Source: Saccostrea echinata
Lineage: Eukaryota
Direction of reading: 5' to 3'
Assembly: GCF_033153115.1 (NCBI RefSeq)
Contig: NW_026889813.1
Location: 3,720,001 to 3,784,000, forward strand
Length of the DNA stretch: 64,000 nt
Shown here: in pieces, positions 13,571 to 25,262 of the stretch
Position numbering within the stretch: position 1 is the stretch's first letter
Layout: each line of letters opens with the position of its first letter
Notes under the pieces: model-generated
The model's database searches: none
Seen by the model: only the letters and a program-made list of their open reading frames with translations
What the model was told of the DNA's origin: nothing
Program-made: the position numbers and the translations under genes

Positions 13571-14042
13571 TTATATCCCCCGTTTGAAAAGCGAGGTTGT
13601 ATAGTGATGGGGGCGTCCGTCCGTCCGTTACGCTTTGGGGTACCAACTTCTTATCCGCAACTCCTCTTATACCACTGAACGATACTTATGAGACTTTTAC
13701 AGAATCATTGTTACATATTGCCAATGTGACCTCTTATTTTACTTTTTGATCAGACACATGCATGTATGTCGAGTTTTCAATATTAAAATATAGATACTTC
13801 CATTCTTTCTATAATACTGAGGGGTATCCTTCTTTTATCTGCAACTCCGACCATACCACTGAATAAAATTCAATGATACTTTCAAAGAATCTTCATTGCA
13901 TCATTGTGCATCACCTATTTGATTTTTTGATCTGACACTTATTTTGGGTCTCCCATTGCAAAGCATAGACTTTGCCATTATAATCACATGAGAGACGGGG
14001 GTATCATTTTGTACGCTCATCGCTCACATAACCTCTAGTTTT
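13571..14042 (+). mobile_element. Helentron-associated non-autonomous element (HINE/pearl-like), degenerate
   Basis: 5' ttatatcccccg...gaggttgtata, (GTCC)n microsatellite, two degenerate internal repeats, 3' gggggtatca...ctctagttt in a T-rich site. Confidence 0.65.
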
Positions 14043-14547
14043 GGCCTTGAATAGTCTACCAATTCAAAAAGTTTTTAATGCTTAAGTTGTAGTTTCTTTT
14101 CGGTCCATCTGTTTGTCTGTTCCACAGGTTGTAATTTTGCATACAAAGAGAGGAATGTTCTTTGATGTCACAAAGAGAAAATTGTATCAAAGAAGCTGCT
14201 CGGATAAATGTACCTGATCGCTTTTATCAAGAATTCAGTTAAAAATGTATCAATATTCACTTGTTGTTATGACATTTTATGCAATAAATTCCCTATATCC
14301 TAATGATTCAATTTTATTTTATTTATTTATCCTAATGACTAAATTTTGCTTAATATATCTTTATTTATTTGAAGGAAAGAGATAATTTTACAATCATTAT
14401 TTTGTTTTCTTGGATTATTTTTTTTAACTTCTCTATGGGATTTTTCAAAATGTCATGTGGGTAACGTCAGAATTACTGTCCAAACAATTAGAGTAGTAAG
14501 AAAAAAAATCTTTTTTCGCAACCATAAAAGTTTGACAAATACTGCTA

Positions 14548-15635
14548 TTTTTAGCTCACCTAATCTGAAAGCTCAATTCAAGTGAGCTTTTCTCATCAAA
14601 CGCTGTCTGCCGCCCGTCATTCCGTCTCTCTGTCCAACAGTATATTTTTCACATTTTCGACTTCTCAAAACCACTGAGCCAATTTTAACCAAAATTAGCA
14701 AAAAGCAATCCTTGGATAAAGCGAATTCTAATTGTTCAAAAGAAAGACCAAGTGTAATTACAAGGAGAAATAATCAAGAAAAGGCAAAAATAGGATGGGA
14801 TCATTACTCACTCTTCTCAAGAACTACTGAGCCAAAAGAAATGTAACTTGTGTGAAAGCTTTCTGGGGATAGTGTAAATTCTAAAGTAATCAAGTTATGG
14901 CCCCTGGGGTTGGATGGGGTCACAATAGGGGATAAATGTTTACATCGAATATTTTTAAAAATCTTCTCGAGAACAACTGGGCCAGAAGAGATAAAGCTTG
15001 TATGAAATTTTTCTGAGGTAGCGTAGATTCTAAATAGTTCAAATTATGGCCCCTTTGGGTTAAACGGGGCCACAATAGGAGATTAAAGTTTTATTGAAAT
15101 ATATTTAAAAAATTCTTTAAAAATCTTTTTCTCAAAACCTTCTGTCCCAGAAGAGATGAAACTTATACGAAAGCTTCTCGAGGTAGTATAGATCCTAAAT
15201 TAAATAAATCATGGCCCTGGGGTAAGGTGCCATCACAATAGGTGATCAAAGTTTTACATGGAATAATATAGGAAATGAAAATCTTCTCAGAAACTTTCAT
15301 CGCATTATTTGTAGGCAAACATTCCAAAGTTGAGTGGATTCAATTATTTTTCAAATTATGCACCCTGGGTTAGCTAAAATAGGGAGGACATTTCACATAA
15401 TGCATATACACTGAAAAAATAATTTGCTTCTCCATAATTGCAAGGTTATGATAGTCATAAAGATATTGAAGCACCACCATATTGTGTGAATACAGAGACC
15501 TTTAGAGTCAGATTGAGGCTATAATATGGGGTCACAGTTTTTCATAGGAATATAGAAATCTTTTTTGGAAATCTCCTGAAGAACAGCAGGACTAAAGTTA
15601 CTCAGGTGAGCATTGTGGCCCATGGGTCTCTTGTT
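14548..15635 (+). mobile_element. Helentron-associated HINE element with internal satellite-like repeats
   Basis: 5' TTTTAGCTCACC...GTGAGCTTTT, degenerate GTCC/GTCT tract, repeats aaaatcttctc.agaac.actg.gcca...atggcccc.ggg, 3' TCAGGTGAGCATTGTGGCCCATGGGTCTCTTGTT. Confidence 0.85.
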
Positions 15636-16564
15636 CACAAAAATCTTTAACAATACTTGGTTGTTAAAGATTTCTCTCTGACTAAAAAAAGAGTATATTT
15701 CTTTACCTTTCATATATACCTTGGTAAAGTAAAGTCTTTTCCCAAGATAGATATCGATTTTACATTACATCATCACTCAACGTTTGAAGTTGATAGCCAG
15801 CGAAAATGTCTAATCAATATCGATCCTTAAATTTATCGATAAAACTTCCATTTGTTTACAACACTTAATAAAGAAATGTAGTTCAGTGATAAATGAAGGG
15901 CTGGTTTTAGTCCTTCTATACTTTATGTTTCAATTATCCTTTGAAACCTCTATGAAGAGTATACATTAATTGCATAAAATTAACGTAGACTTATTTTTTT
16001 ATTCCCTATTGTTGGGTAACCTTAGTCGTTGAGAACCGTGATTTTAAATATTCCTAGTCTATGCCTAGAAGTTTTCAAATAAATTATGAAACTGATATCT
16101 TTCTTTAGAGCGATAGGGTCGTTAAATTTAACATAGGTACATGTTCTTAACTTGTGTTTTTTGTGGACTCTGGTACCCTCGTTTTGGAGAAGAAAGTGAT
16201 AGACGGACAGACGAGTAATAAATGTCAATCAGAAAAGCTTAGTGCCTCTGAAGTGAAAAAATTATAGGTTACTTTGCTAGACATGTCTGAGCATGAAGTT
16301 CAGTATGGGATGGATTCTACATTTTCTCTCATGTGAATTATATGACATTGTGATGGTATGCTACTTTCGATTCATCTTTTGTGGTAACAATGTAACAAGA
16401 TGCACGGCATTCGGTTTGTAATATGTTGTGATTGAAGCAATTTAATTTACATTTCATGGTACACCTAACATTTATCTCTGCTTGTGGTTCGGTCGTACTT
16501 TTGCAACATGAGTAGCCCACAGAATAACAAAAATAAACTGGCTAATGCGTTTCTAGTACATGCA

Positions 16565-17572
16565 TAGTCCGAAATATCTGACGTTTTCCTGGCTTTTTTA
16601 CTATTTTTATATTTTACGTGCTAGGAAAACGTCAGAACCGGCACCATTACGAAAACTGGAAAGAAATGGTAACGGCCGAATCTAGCCCCTTATTTGATGT
16701 AAAAATCCGAACGCAGGTAAAATTGTGATAGATTGTAGTTAAAAACTTCAAATGATGCGTGTTTTAAAACATTTCGGACATTTTAGGACAGTTTCCCGAA
16801 TTTCCTCAATTCTGGTGGAATTTTGTCAAAGTTCAGATACTTTTCACTTCGGGAAACATAGAGCACAAGCTTGCCTATATATATTTTTTTATACATAAGA
16901 TGCATCTGATACTAGGGTATGAAATATATAAATTTGGTAGATAGGCAAGCTTGTGCTCTATGTTTTCTGAAACAAAATGTTCTGTAAAATCGATCAAAAT
17001 TTGCATGAAAATGAGAAAATTCGGAAATTGACATATTTTCTGACCTTCCTGTGACCTCTGTGTATCCAATAACTTAGAAACCAATACTCATTTCGTGGCA
17101 GGGGTGACAACAGGTTTTTACTGATAAACTGTTGCATCATTCTAAAAGACATCCCAAATCAGGGGCCAAATCTTGTCCTTTCGCCGTCTCCAATCGGAGT
17201 TGATTTTCGATACCTGGAAGAGAACTAAATGCCGTTTTCACAATTTATCAAAAGCACAATGCTGATAATACTCAATAAAAAAATCGATGAAAAGAAAACA
17301 TCACTCATCATTTCGATACAAGACTTGAAAGATTTTAAAAAGCACGAAATAAAAATAAATCTCGGAAGTCAGATAAAATGTTTTCATCGGATTGTATATT
17401 TTATAAACAAACAATAAAAACGATGTTGATGAGTACTAAAAGCATTGTACTAATCTATTGATAAATTGTGAGTTTGACATTTCATTCGCTTTGCAAGTAT
17501 CGAAAATCAACTCGGTTCTGACGTTTTCAAAATCGTGAAAAAAAACTGGAAAACGTCAGATATTTCGGACTA
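16565..17572. mobile_element. Non-autonomous DNA transposon with TAG...CTA termini (Academ-like)
   Basis: 25-bp perfect TIR TAGTCCGAAATATCTGACGTTTTCC; subterminal inverted repeats; internal 25-bp IR at 16854-16878/16941-16965; flanks gca/gta. Confidence 0.75.
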
Positions 17573-17582
17573 GTACATACAT

Positions 17583-18471
17583 AACCAGAAGTCTCTGACG
17601 AGACTGTAGCTCTACTAGTTGTACTTATAAAAGAAGATAAAAGTAGCACTTGGACTTGAAACTTTGCAACAGCAATAAACAGAATAATGATCCCTGGTTT
17701 AGTCTCTTTTTGTGGCAAGATTTATTGCAATCAGACTAAAACTGTAGGAGGAGTAGCCTTTTAAAACAATTTTACAGAAATTTGGATTTAAGTAACCATG
17801 GCAACATCATTCAACAAAATCAAAAAACATTAACGACAATTATGTATCTCAATGTATTCTACTTGTAATTGCCAAGTTATACTGAAAGCAGACAAAAGTG
17901 TAGGAGGAGTAGCATTTTGAAAGTATTTCAAAGAAATTTGTATTTTTAGTAACCATGGCAACACCGTCCTTTGAAATCAAAAACCGATACACAGAATTAT
18001 GCATCTTATTATAGTCTACTTGTGTGCCAAATTATACTGAAATCGGACCAACTGTAGGAAGAGTAGCATTTTGAACGAATTTCACAGAAATTTGTATTTT
18101 TAGTAACCATGGCAACACCGTTCATTGAAATCAAAATCTGATACACAGAATTATGTATCTTATTATAGTCTACTTGTGTGCCAAGTTATCTTGATATCAG
18201 ATCAAAACTGTAGGAGGAGTAGCAGTATTTCCCAGAAATCTCTATTTTTAGTAACCATGGCAACACCGTTCATTGAAATCAAAATCCGATATACAAAGTT
18301 ATGTATCTTAGTGTAGTCTACTTGTGTGCCAAGTTATATTGAAATCAGATAAAAACTGTAGGAGGAGTAGCGTTTTGAAAAAGTGTTTACAGACAGACAG
18401 CCGGACGGACGGACGACGTACACCTTACTCTCGCATAAGCTCTTCTGGTCTCTCACCAGTAGAGCTAAAAA
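17583..18471 (-). mobile_element. HINE-type element with ~155-bp tandem repeats
   Basis: Minus strand starts TTTTTAGCTCTACTGGTGAGAGACCAGAAGAGCTT, then (GTCC/GTCT)n; about 4.5 units marked by actgtaggaggagtagc and agtaaccatggcaac. Confidence 0.85.
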
Positions 18472-18779
18472 CGAACTCTTTTCAGTCTTTAAGGGACACA
18501 GACTCAAAGAATTCGGCTGGTTTCTCTCGAATTATCATTCGGGATACTGTCGTACGTGCAGTCGTCATATAACCCGTTTAAGTATAAATGCAACAATTCA
18601 TATAAAAATTGAATAATTTTAAAGTTTCAATTAAAGATAGGCCTATATTAGTTTCTTTTTCGGATCCATATCTTATATTTCTAAAAGTTTTGCCAAAAAA
18701 CTGCAAAATATGTGATAATTTGTTTACTAATTGTTCATTTATCAGAATTTAACTCTCACTACACAAAGTTTCAATAAAC

Positions 18780-19100
18780 TAGCTGTTGGAATTACCTAAT
18801 CGTGCCCCGGTATTAGCAGATCCGTTTTTGTATTCATATGAAGCAGAATACAATCAAAAACTACTACATAAAAAAGTCTCCTGTTGTGGTCTTCAGTTCG
18901 ACAGTTAGATATCTACGACGTTTTATCAATAACAATATTTATTTTCATTTCTTCGTTTATTCGATATAACCCATTCAAGTCGAAATAAAAGACACCACAG
19001 AGTCTGACACATCTCCTTCGTATTTGGAAATTTTACTTCAGAAAAACATTGGTAGAAAACTAACAACTAAACTGTTCTATCGTCAACTTCCCTTATTTAT
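18780..19100 (+). mobile_element. Penelope-like RT remnant, heavily degenerate
   Basis: gccccggtattagcagatccgtttttgtattcatatgaagcagaa (AP.LAD.FLYSYEAE) and gaaataaaagacaccacagagtctgacacatct (EIKDTTESDTS); homologous to 2190-2720. Confidence 0.75.
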
Positions 19101-19204
19101 GAAGCCATATGTACTTTTACATGTAGTCTCTTCTGGTTTCAACGGTAGAGGACTAATGATGTCTACCTGGAATAACATCATGCATTAAATAAAAAGGTTA
19201 TTCT

Positions 19205-20215
19205 CTTCTGTGAAACGAACAGTTATCATGCTCAAAGTGCAACAGAATATTACAAATTGGAAGTAAAGCAAACACAGACCCCTGGAAACATCAGAGATGG
19301 GATCGGGTGCCATGGAAGAGTAAGCATCCCCTGTCAAGCAGCCATACCCGACGTGGGCCCTCAATCTTGATCGGGAAAATGGAGAAATCCGTAGGACAAT
19401 TTGTGTTAAAAATGTCAGTCGACCTAACGAAAGGTTGTACAGTGAAACCTGTCTTATCCGACATGCTGTGGGAAATAAAATCAATGTCGGATTAGACAGT
19501 GTGTCGGATTACTCAGTGTTGAATATTTCTTAGCATTATTATTGGTGTCAGATGACTTCAAAAATCATTTATCATTATGTCAGATTACCCAGGTGAAATC
19601 ATAATGTAATTATCTGGTTTTGTTGACAAAAAAGCGCCGAAATTCGAAATGTACAGTGGTCGGAATATACAGTGTTTTGTTCTATATGAAATATAAAGAA
19701 ATTTTTGGGAATAAAATATGAGGTCGGAAAGTCCAGTGTGCCGGATTGCACAGTTGTCGGATTGGACAGTGGGCACTGTATTTGCAAACAAGTTAATTGC
19801 CTCGACCACTGAATCTGCAAAATATATTGACTTTAAAAGAAATTGTTCATACCCTTGCAATTTCAACTTATAAGTGGTTTAGAAATTGATTATACATGAA
19901 CAGAACATGCCCTTGCGTATAGATTCAACTGGGGGGGGGGGGTACATGTATATGCACCATATGCAAGTAATAATGGTACATATTGCTACAAAAATAATGA
20001 AATTGACGATAGAATAGTTGAAGTCATCAAGTTTATCATTTTGCCATCAGTTTTTTCTCTAGTAAAACATCCAAATATGAAACAGATATGTCAGACTTTT
20101 TGTCTCTTTTACTTCGAGTTCAGCGGTAGATATCGAATCAAAATGAATATTGTTTATTGATAAAACATCGTCAATCGTATATATATATAAGTTGAATTGG
20201 AGGGAACAGCAATGT
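19205..20215 (-). mobile_element. Penelope-like remnant on the minus strand including its 3' end, interrupted by a MITE
   Basis: Minus strand shows IDDVLSINN, SVSYLDVLLEK, DDFNYSIVNF, AYG..Y and YARAC-like pieces, then the 3' motif GACAGGGGATGCTTACTCTTCCATGGCACCCGATCCCATCTCTG. Confidence 0.7.
19440..19778. mobile_element. Tc1/mariner (pogo/Tigger-like) MITE
   Basis: TA|CAGTGAAACCTGTCTTATCCGACA...TGTCGGATTGGACAGTGGGCACTG|TA, with internal repeats of gtcggatt. Confidence 0.8.
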
Positions 20216-20590
20216 TATTTTAATATCTCTTTTTATTGTCGATACACGATTTAGATGTCGAATTGCTAAGGACATTTAACATGCTGAACTCTCCACGCAG
20301 TTGTACAAGCTATATGATATTTAAAATAGTCATTACTGAAGATTAATTTGTCATTTTATATTACCTACAAATACTATAAAACTTTCTTATATAGATACTC
20401 AGAAGTTTTAACATATATAGTGAATATAAACGAGAAAGCAGAAAGAGCTACTCTCCGAAAATACCATTCCTACTTCTTTTATTTCATGAAACAAAAAAAA
20501 ATCTGTATGATATTTATTTTACTTCGGTAGATTGTAACAATGAATTAAACACTGAAGAATTTGATTTGAAATCGACTCGGGAGAAAAGTC

Positions 20591-20606
20591 ATGTATATGC
20601 CTAACT
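20591..20606 (+). CDS. Putative first coding micro-exon of PHYHIP-like paralogue A (MYMPN)
   Basis: ATG TAT ATG CCT AAC T|gtaagt is phase 1, matching the acceptor at 20751/20752. Confidence 0.4.
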
Positions 20607-20751
20607 GTAAGTTTGAATACTCAAAAAATATATTCCACTGCATCAATTTGCTTGCCTGTTTTATTGACATTATTGCTTATTAAGAAAGATGATTTAGTTA
20701 ATAAATGCTTTTTGAAAATAGTTTATAATTAGTAGTCAGATATCATTTCAG

Positions 20752-21470
20752 ATTTAACAGCATGGGAAATTGAAGAATTGTACGAGAGATGTGCAGATTT
20801 TGCAGAAGAAACCGACTACAGACATGTTCCAATATACCAAATGTGGCGCGACAAACCCGACCATTACTGGAAAGATATTTTTCAAAATAAAGGCGGCGCT
20901 ATGATTCCTTACATGAAAGATTTCAATGGAGATCAGAGGTCCGCCATTAACGGAAATATTAAGGGTCTGTTTTTTGGATGCGGGTTAGATCGCAAGAGAA
21001 TAAAGCCGCCATATTTCTCCTATTTTGGAAATCAACGTCTGCTTGTTGATTCAGATTTTATCTTAAACAAGTCCAAAAATTTGTATTTTGCGGATTTTTA
21101 CTGTCACTACCAGTATCACTATGCGACGTTAGTCGTGACGAATCCGGGGTCAAAGCAAGACAGCTTTTGCCAGGAACACGAACTTTTTGAACTTGACATT
21201 TTTGATAACCCGTTTCTCTACCTAGGCGACTCAAGAGGAAACGAGCCTAAACCAGTGTACGTTACCCTTGGGGTCCGAGTAGAAGTATTTGTGACCAATA
21301 AGATGAATATTCCTCATTTGCTGAAAATAAGAAAAGGACGAATGATGGATGTACAGCCCCGCGGCCGCGGTCGCAGTCATAAGAATGGGATCCCCAAGAA
21401 AGAGGTGTGCGACATTTGCAACATAAACCCTGTGTCTTACAATAGGTGGATGGGGAATATCTGGTATTAG
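20752..21470 (+). CDS. Phytanoyl-CoA hydroxylase-interacting protein-like (PHYHIP C-terminal domain), paralogue A, main exon
   Basis: Acceptor tcatttcag|AT TTA ACA; motifs WRDKP, MIPYMKDFNGD..S.ING...GLFF, SYFG..RL, LYFADFYC, HY.TLV, D.FC, NPFL, VEVF and terminal K..CDICN match the PHYHIP/PHYHIPL C-terminal domain. Confidence 0.9.
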
Positions 21471-22912
21471 TGATCTATTGGCTCTGTCATCATACGCTTT
21501 GCGCTAAGTTTAATTTCCAGAAAACATGAAAAAAATATGGAGGGATTATATGAAGTGGGTCAAAATATTTCTTTCAATGGGGAGAACTCGAAAATGAAAT
21601 GTGTATCTTGATTGCACCCCCTTCAGTGAACGAGCCAATAGTATGGTGTGTAAAAAAAAATACATGTACATGAAAAGTAATTGAGTCAATCAAAAATATC
21701 TCTATCGTAGAAATATCCCAAAAAGCAAATTTCAATATTGCACAATCTTTGACATACTCTACAATAAATTCCAGAGTCAATTCTTTATCCGAATAATACG
21801 ATCCCCTTGACTTTAATGCCATAATAATCCGACTGTCAATTATAATTACTTTAAAATTATATGGATTTTAAATTTTAAAATTTCCAGTGTACATGTATGT
21901 TATTTCACCCTTTTAACTTATTTTAAGCTATGCCAAAGATTTGGATATTGTGTTCTTGTTAGTATCAAGTTATTTTATTGAAGAATATTTTTAAAGAAAA
22001 CGTTATATTAAAGTTTCTTTTAACCATTATATGCTCATTTACATGTACAGTAGTTAAATTCTATTATTTATAAGATTTACTAGATGCATGCATATTGACG
22101 GCATTTCATTTACGGTATAGATAATACAGCCAAGTCAAAAATATTTTGAAGACATTTTCAGATACATGTATATAGAGTGTGACATACTGGTCCACCGTCA
22201 AATGATTGATTCACGGGTCTTTCGGAGAAGGCCTTAAACCTTTTGGACTATTCTGGCACAAAAAAGAAATCGTAAAGTATTGGCAAAGCATTTGGAAACT
22301 TCAAATGTTGCCACTACAGCTTTACATGTAGCAGGTGACGTCTCAATATAAACACCCTTTCATAGAATTTTTTTTTAACTATGTGTGCATTATTATCTTA
22401 TATTTGGGGTTTAATTGTTCATATCTAAAGAAAGTGTTTTTGTCCAACTGTACCTTTAAAGATAACCCATATTGTGTATTTTCTTCCCCCCCCCCCCCTG
22501 CCCCCGCTGACCCGATCCACTACCATTTTTTTTTAATTTCTTCTATTTGTACATGTACTTTATAGGACTTCCCAAAAAGTTACGTTTTTGCGGAGTTTCC
22601 ACTCTAAATTTTCATATAGATCTACAAGGTGGGAGTGACACTATACTCTGTATAAATGTTCTTCAATTCTTGAAACACGGGATAGGGTCTTCAGCCCTCT
22701 GCAGATTCCGCGCTTTTCTCTCGATCTGCATTCAATAATAAATGCATGTTGCAGGCACGTACACTATAGTATACCCCCCTTCTCGCTGTTTTTTGTTGCA
22801 AAGAGAGGGGGACCTCCCCAACCCCATCCTCACGAAATAGGTTTTGGGCAGTTTTCGATTCATTATTTTTTTAAAATTATTTGTGCCAAAGTTCTTTCAG
22901 GTACATTTTTGC

Positions 22913-23073
22913 TTCTCAGTTATTTTTGGTTGGCCTATCCCCCCGTGGTGCTGGGTCCCTGTGTTTTCTCAATTATTTTTGGTTGGCCTATCCCCCTCAT
23001 GGTGCTGCGTCCCTGTGTTTTCTCAATTATTTTTGGTTGGCCTATCCCCCTCATGGTGCTGTGTCCCTGTGTT
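22913..23073 (+). repeat. 54-bp tandem repeat, 3 copies
   Basis: TTCTCAATTATTTTTGGTTGGCCTATCCCCCTCATGGTGCTGCGTCCCTGTGTT x3. Confidence 0.95.
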
Positions 23074-23671
23074 GAGCCAATATTTTTGACCAATACAGTC
23101 ATATAGATTGGACGTCGTTAATTATGGTCAACAGTTATTATTTAATTGAGTCTTTTACGTAGTATATGATTTCAGATATACTTTCATAATATATGTGTAT
23201 AAATTTTTGAATTTATATTAAATTGGTGAAATAAAATATGGCAAAATACTAAAAATTGCGTTTTTGTTTTATCGAATCAAAGCAAGTAATAAAATACACC
23301 TTCTGTTATGTGATCCAGGGGCTATACAGTGTATAGACTTAATGTACAAGTAGATTAATAAAAATAATTTCTCAAAAATAATTCCGCATCCTTCGACATG
23401 TCATTTATATTTTAAATTTATATAATGTATTAGGAATTTAAAAGATAATGAAGTAATTTGTTTTTGTTTTTTTTCATGTATTTTTTAACCTTCATACAAA
23501 CCTTACATTCGGTTCGATATGTGATACGGGTTTTCGGACCGGTCGTTGATATTGGGTATTGTGACGTCACCCGTATCGCACAGTGCGGAATCGGTGCATA
23601 TTACTTTTAGTAGTACACACCAGGCCACCATATGAGTGAAAAATTCTTGAGAGGAACGTTAGACAGCACAC

Positions 23672-23870
23672 CAGGCCCGTAGGAAGCAATTTCAGTTGGG
23701 ATGGCACAGCCATACATTTTCAGTTGAGGGGGCACTATCAACTACAAAAATTCCTTGACAAGAAAAAAAAGGTCATCAGATGTTTTAATTGAGGGGACAC
23801 AAGCGTATAGTATCTATTTTTTCTATAGTACTCTATATATCGGCAAAATTATTTGGGGGGCATTTGCCAT
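23672..23870 (+). mobile_element. MITE-like repeat (family also reverse at 41225-41440 and 56520-56600)
   Basis: ccgtaggaa, cagccatacattttcagttg.gggggcactatcaacta, ttgacaag, tcatcaga and atatatcggcaaaattatt are shared with the other copies. Confidence 0.75.
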
Positions 23871-23879
23871 CGTCTCAAG

Positions 23880-24188
23880 CAGGCGCGGATCCAGGAATTT
23901 TTTCCGGGGGGGGGGGGGTTCCACCCCAATCAAAAAAAATTTCCAACCCAAAAATTTCTTGGCAAGCAAAAAAACAAACAAACAAACAAACAACCCCCCT
24001 CCCCCCATTAACGTGAAAAACACATATTTCGTGGTGGTGATGGTGAGTCCACGTCTTCTAGCGGGGGGGGGGTGTCCAAAGTCATTTTTATTTGCCTCAG
24101 TATATACGTTTAGTAACTCTGCAAATTCGGGGAGGGGGGGTCTGGACCGCCCCGAACCCCCCCCCCCACCTCTCTAGATCCGCGCATG
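23880..24188 (+). mobile_element. MITE with CAGGCGCGGATC...GATCCGCGCATG termini and 5-bp TSD TCAAG
   Basis: TCAAG|CAGGCGCGGATCCAGG...CTAGATCCGCGCATG|TCAAG; related piece in reverse at ~24318-24456. Confidence 0.8.
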
Positions 24189-25157
24189 TCAAGCCACGGT
24201 CCGGAGTCGCTCATAGCTCTCTCCGAGAGGATCGTACATTTTGGCCGTGGTTTGCGACGATGGCCAGGTAAAATAAATTATGAAATATAATGTGTTAATT
24301 CAATTCTGAAAAGTTGACAGGGGCCCGGGCGGACCCAGAATTTGAAGTTGGTGGAGGAGGGTTATGCGTGCATCTAGAGGGGTGTCGGGCATTGTTTATT
24401 GGAAATTTATTGATTGGGGTGGACCCCCCTGGAAAAAATTCCTGGATCCGCGCCTGAGGATTAATTGTAAGGAGGTTTGAGGGCCGCCTTGAGGCCTCCA
24501 GAGTGTCCAGATCAAAGGTCCTCAATTCTAGAGATTTAGTAGTGCAAAAATGAAGTCTGTAAGAAGACAATTTTACTATTTCTTTTTGTCACAATTTATG
24601 ATAAGAATTAATAAAACTTCTAATATTTTAAAGGGATGGGACACAGATTTGAAGCTCATATTTTCCTAGAGCACTTCACACTGAAATATATTAAAAGCGT
24701 GCTAAGAAAATTTTTTATCTGGAAATTATTAAAACAACGATTTTCGGTTGTTTTTGTATGCTTGTCAAAGAACTTCTGTGTCGGATTTTTTTTTTCATAT
24801 ATGAGATCATTTTAAAATTCCTGGATCCACCCATAGAAAATTAAAGAGTGGCTTTTCAAATCAAATGCCTTTGAATAAAGGGGGAAAACAGAATTGAAAC
24901 ACTGAATCACATATTTACATGAGAAAAAGTACGTGACTTTGACTTTGTTCTCCAGTCTTTTGGGAGGGAGGGGGGGGGGATTATTCACATAATTTACATT
25001 TTTTTAAAAATATAGATACGTTGTGTATTACTATTTGGTTTATTATCCAAATCAATCTATAGACCCCCCCTCCCCTTTCCACACGCACACACACACACAT
25101 CTAAACAAAAATCAACATGACCGATCAGTTCTAAGTCGCAGTTGAGTATTCTGAAAG

Positions 25158-25262
25158 GGGATATTCCGGAAAATATATTGCTGTCCGTCGACACCAAAAT
25201 CGCGTAAACGTAATTTCCTGTTTACTCACCAAGGTGCTTTTTCGAAGTGCACGAAGACGGAG
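25158..25262 (+). promoter_or_regulatory. Candidate promoter and non-coding first exon of paralogue B, with an NF-kB site
   Basis: GGGATATTCCGGAAAA at 25158-25173; donor gaagacggag|gtaaat at 25262/25263 resembles gaaagacgag|gtaagt at 39337. Confidence 0.45.

Noticed and set aside
17790-18265. Repeated GTAACCATGGCAAC X-box-like motifs as a ciliary enhancer
   Set aside because: The motif is part of the satellite unit of a HINE, with no linked ciliary gene or start site.
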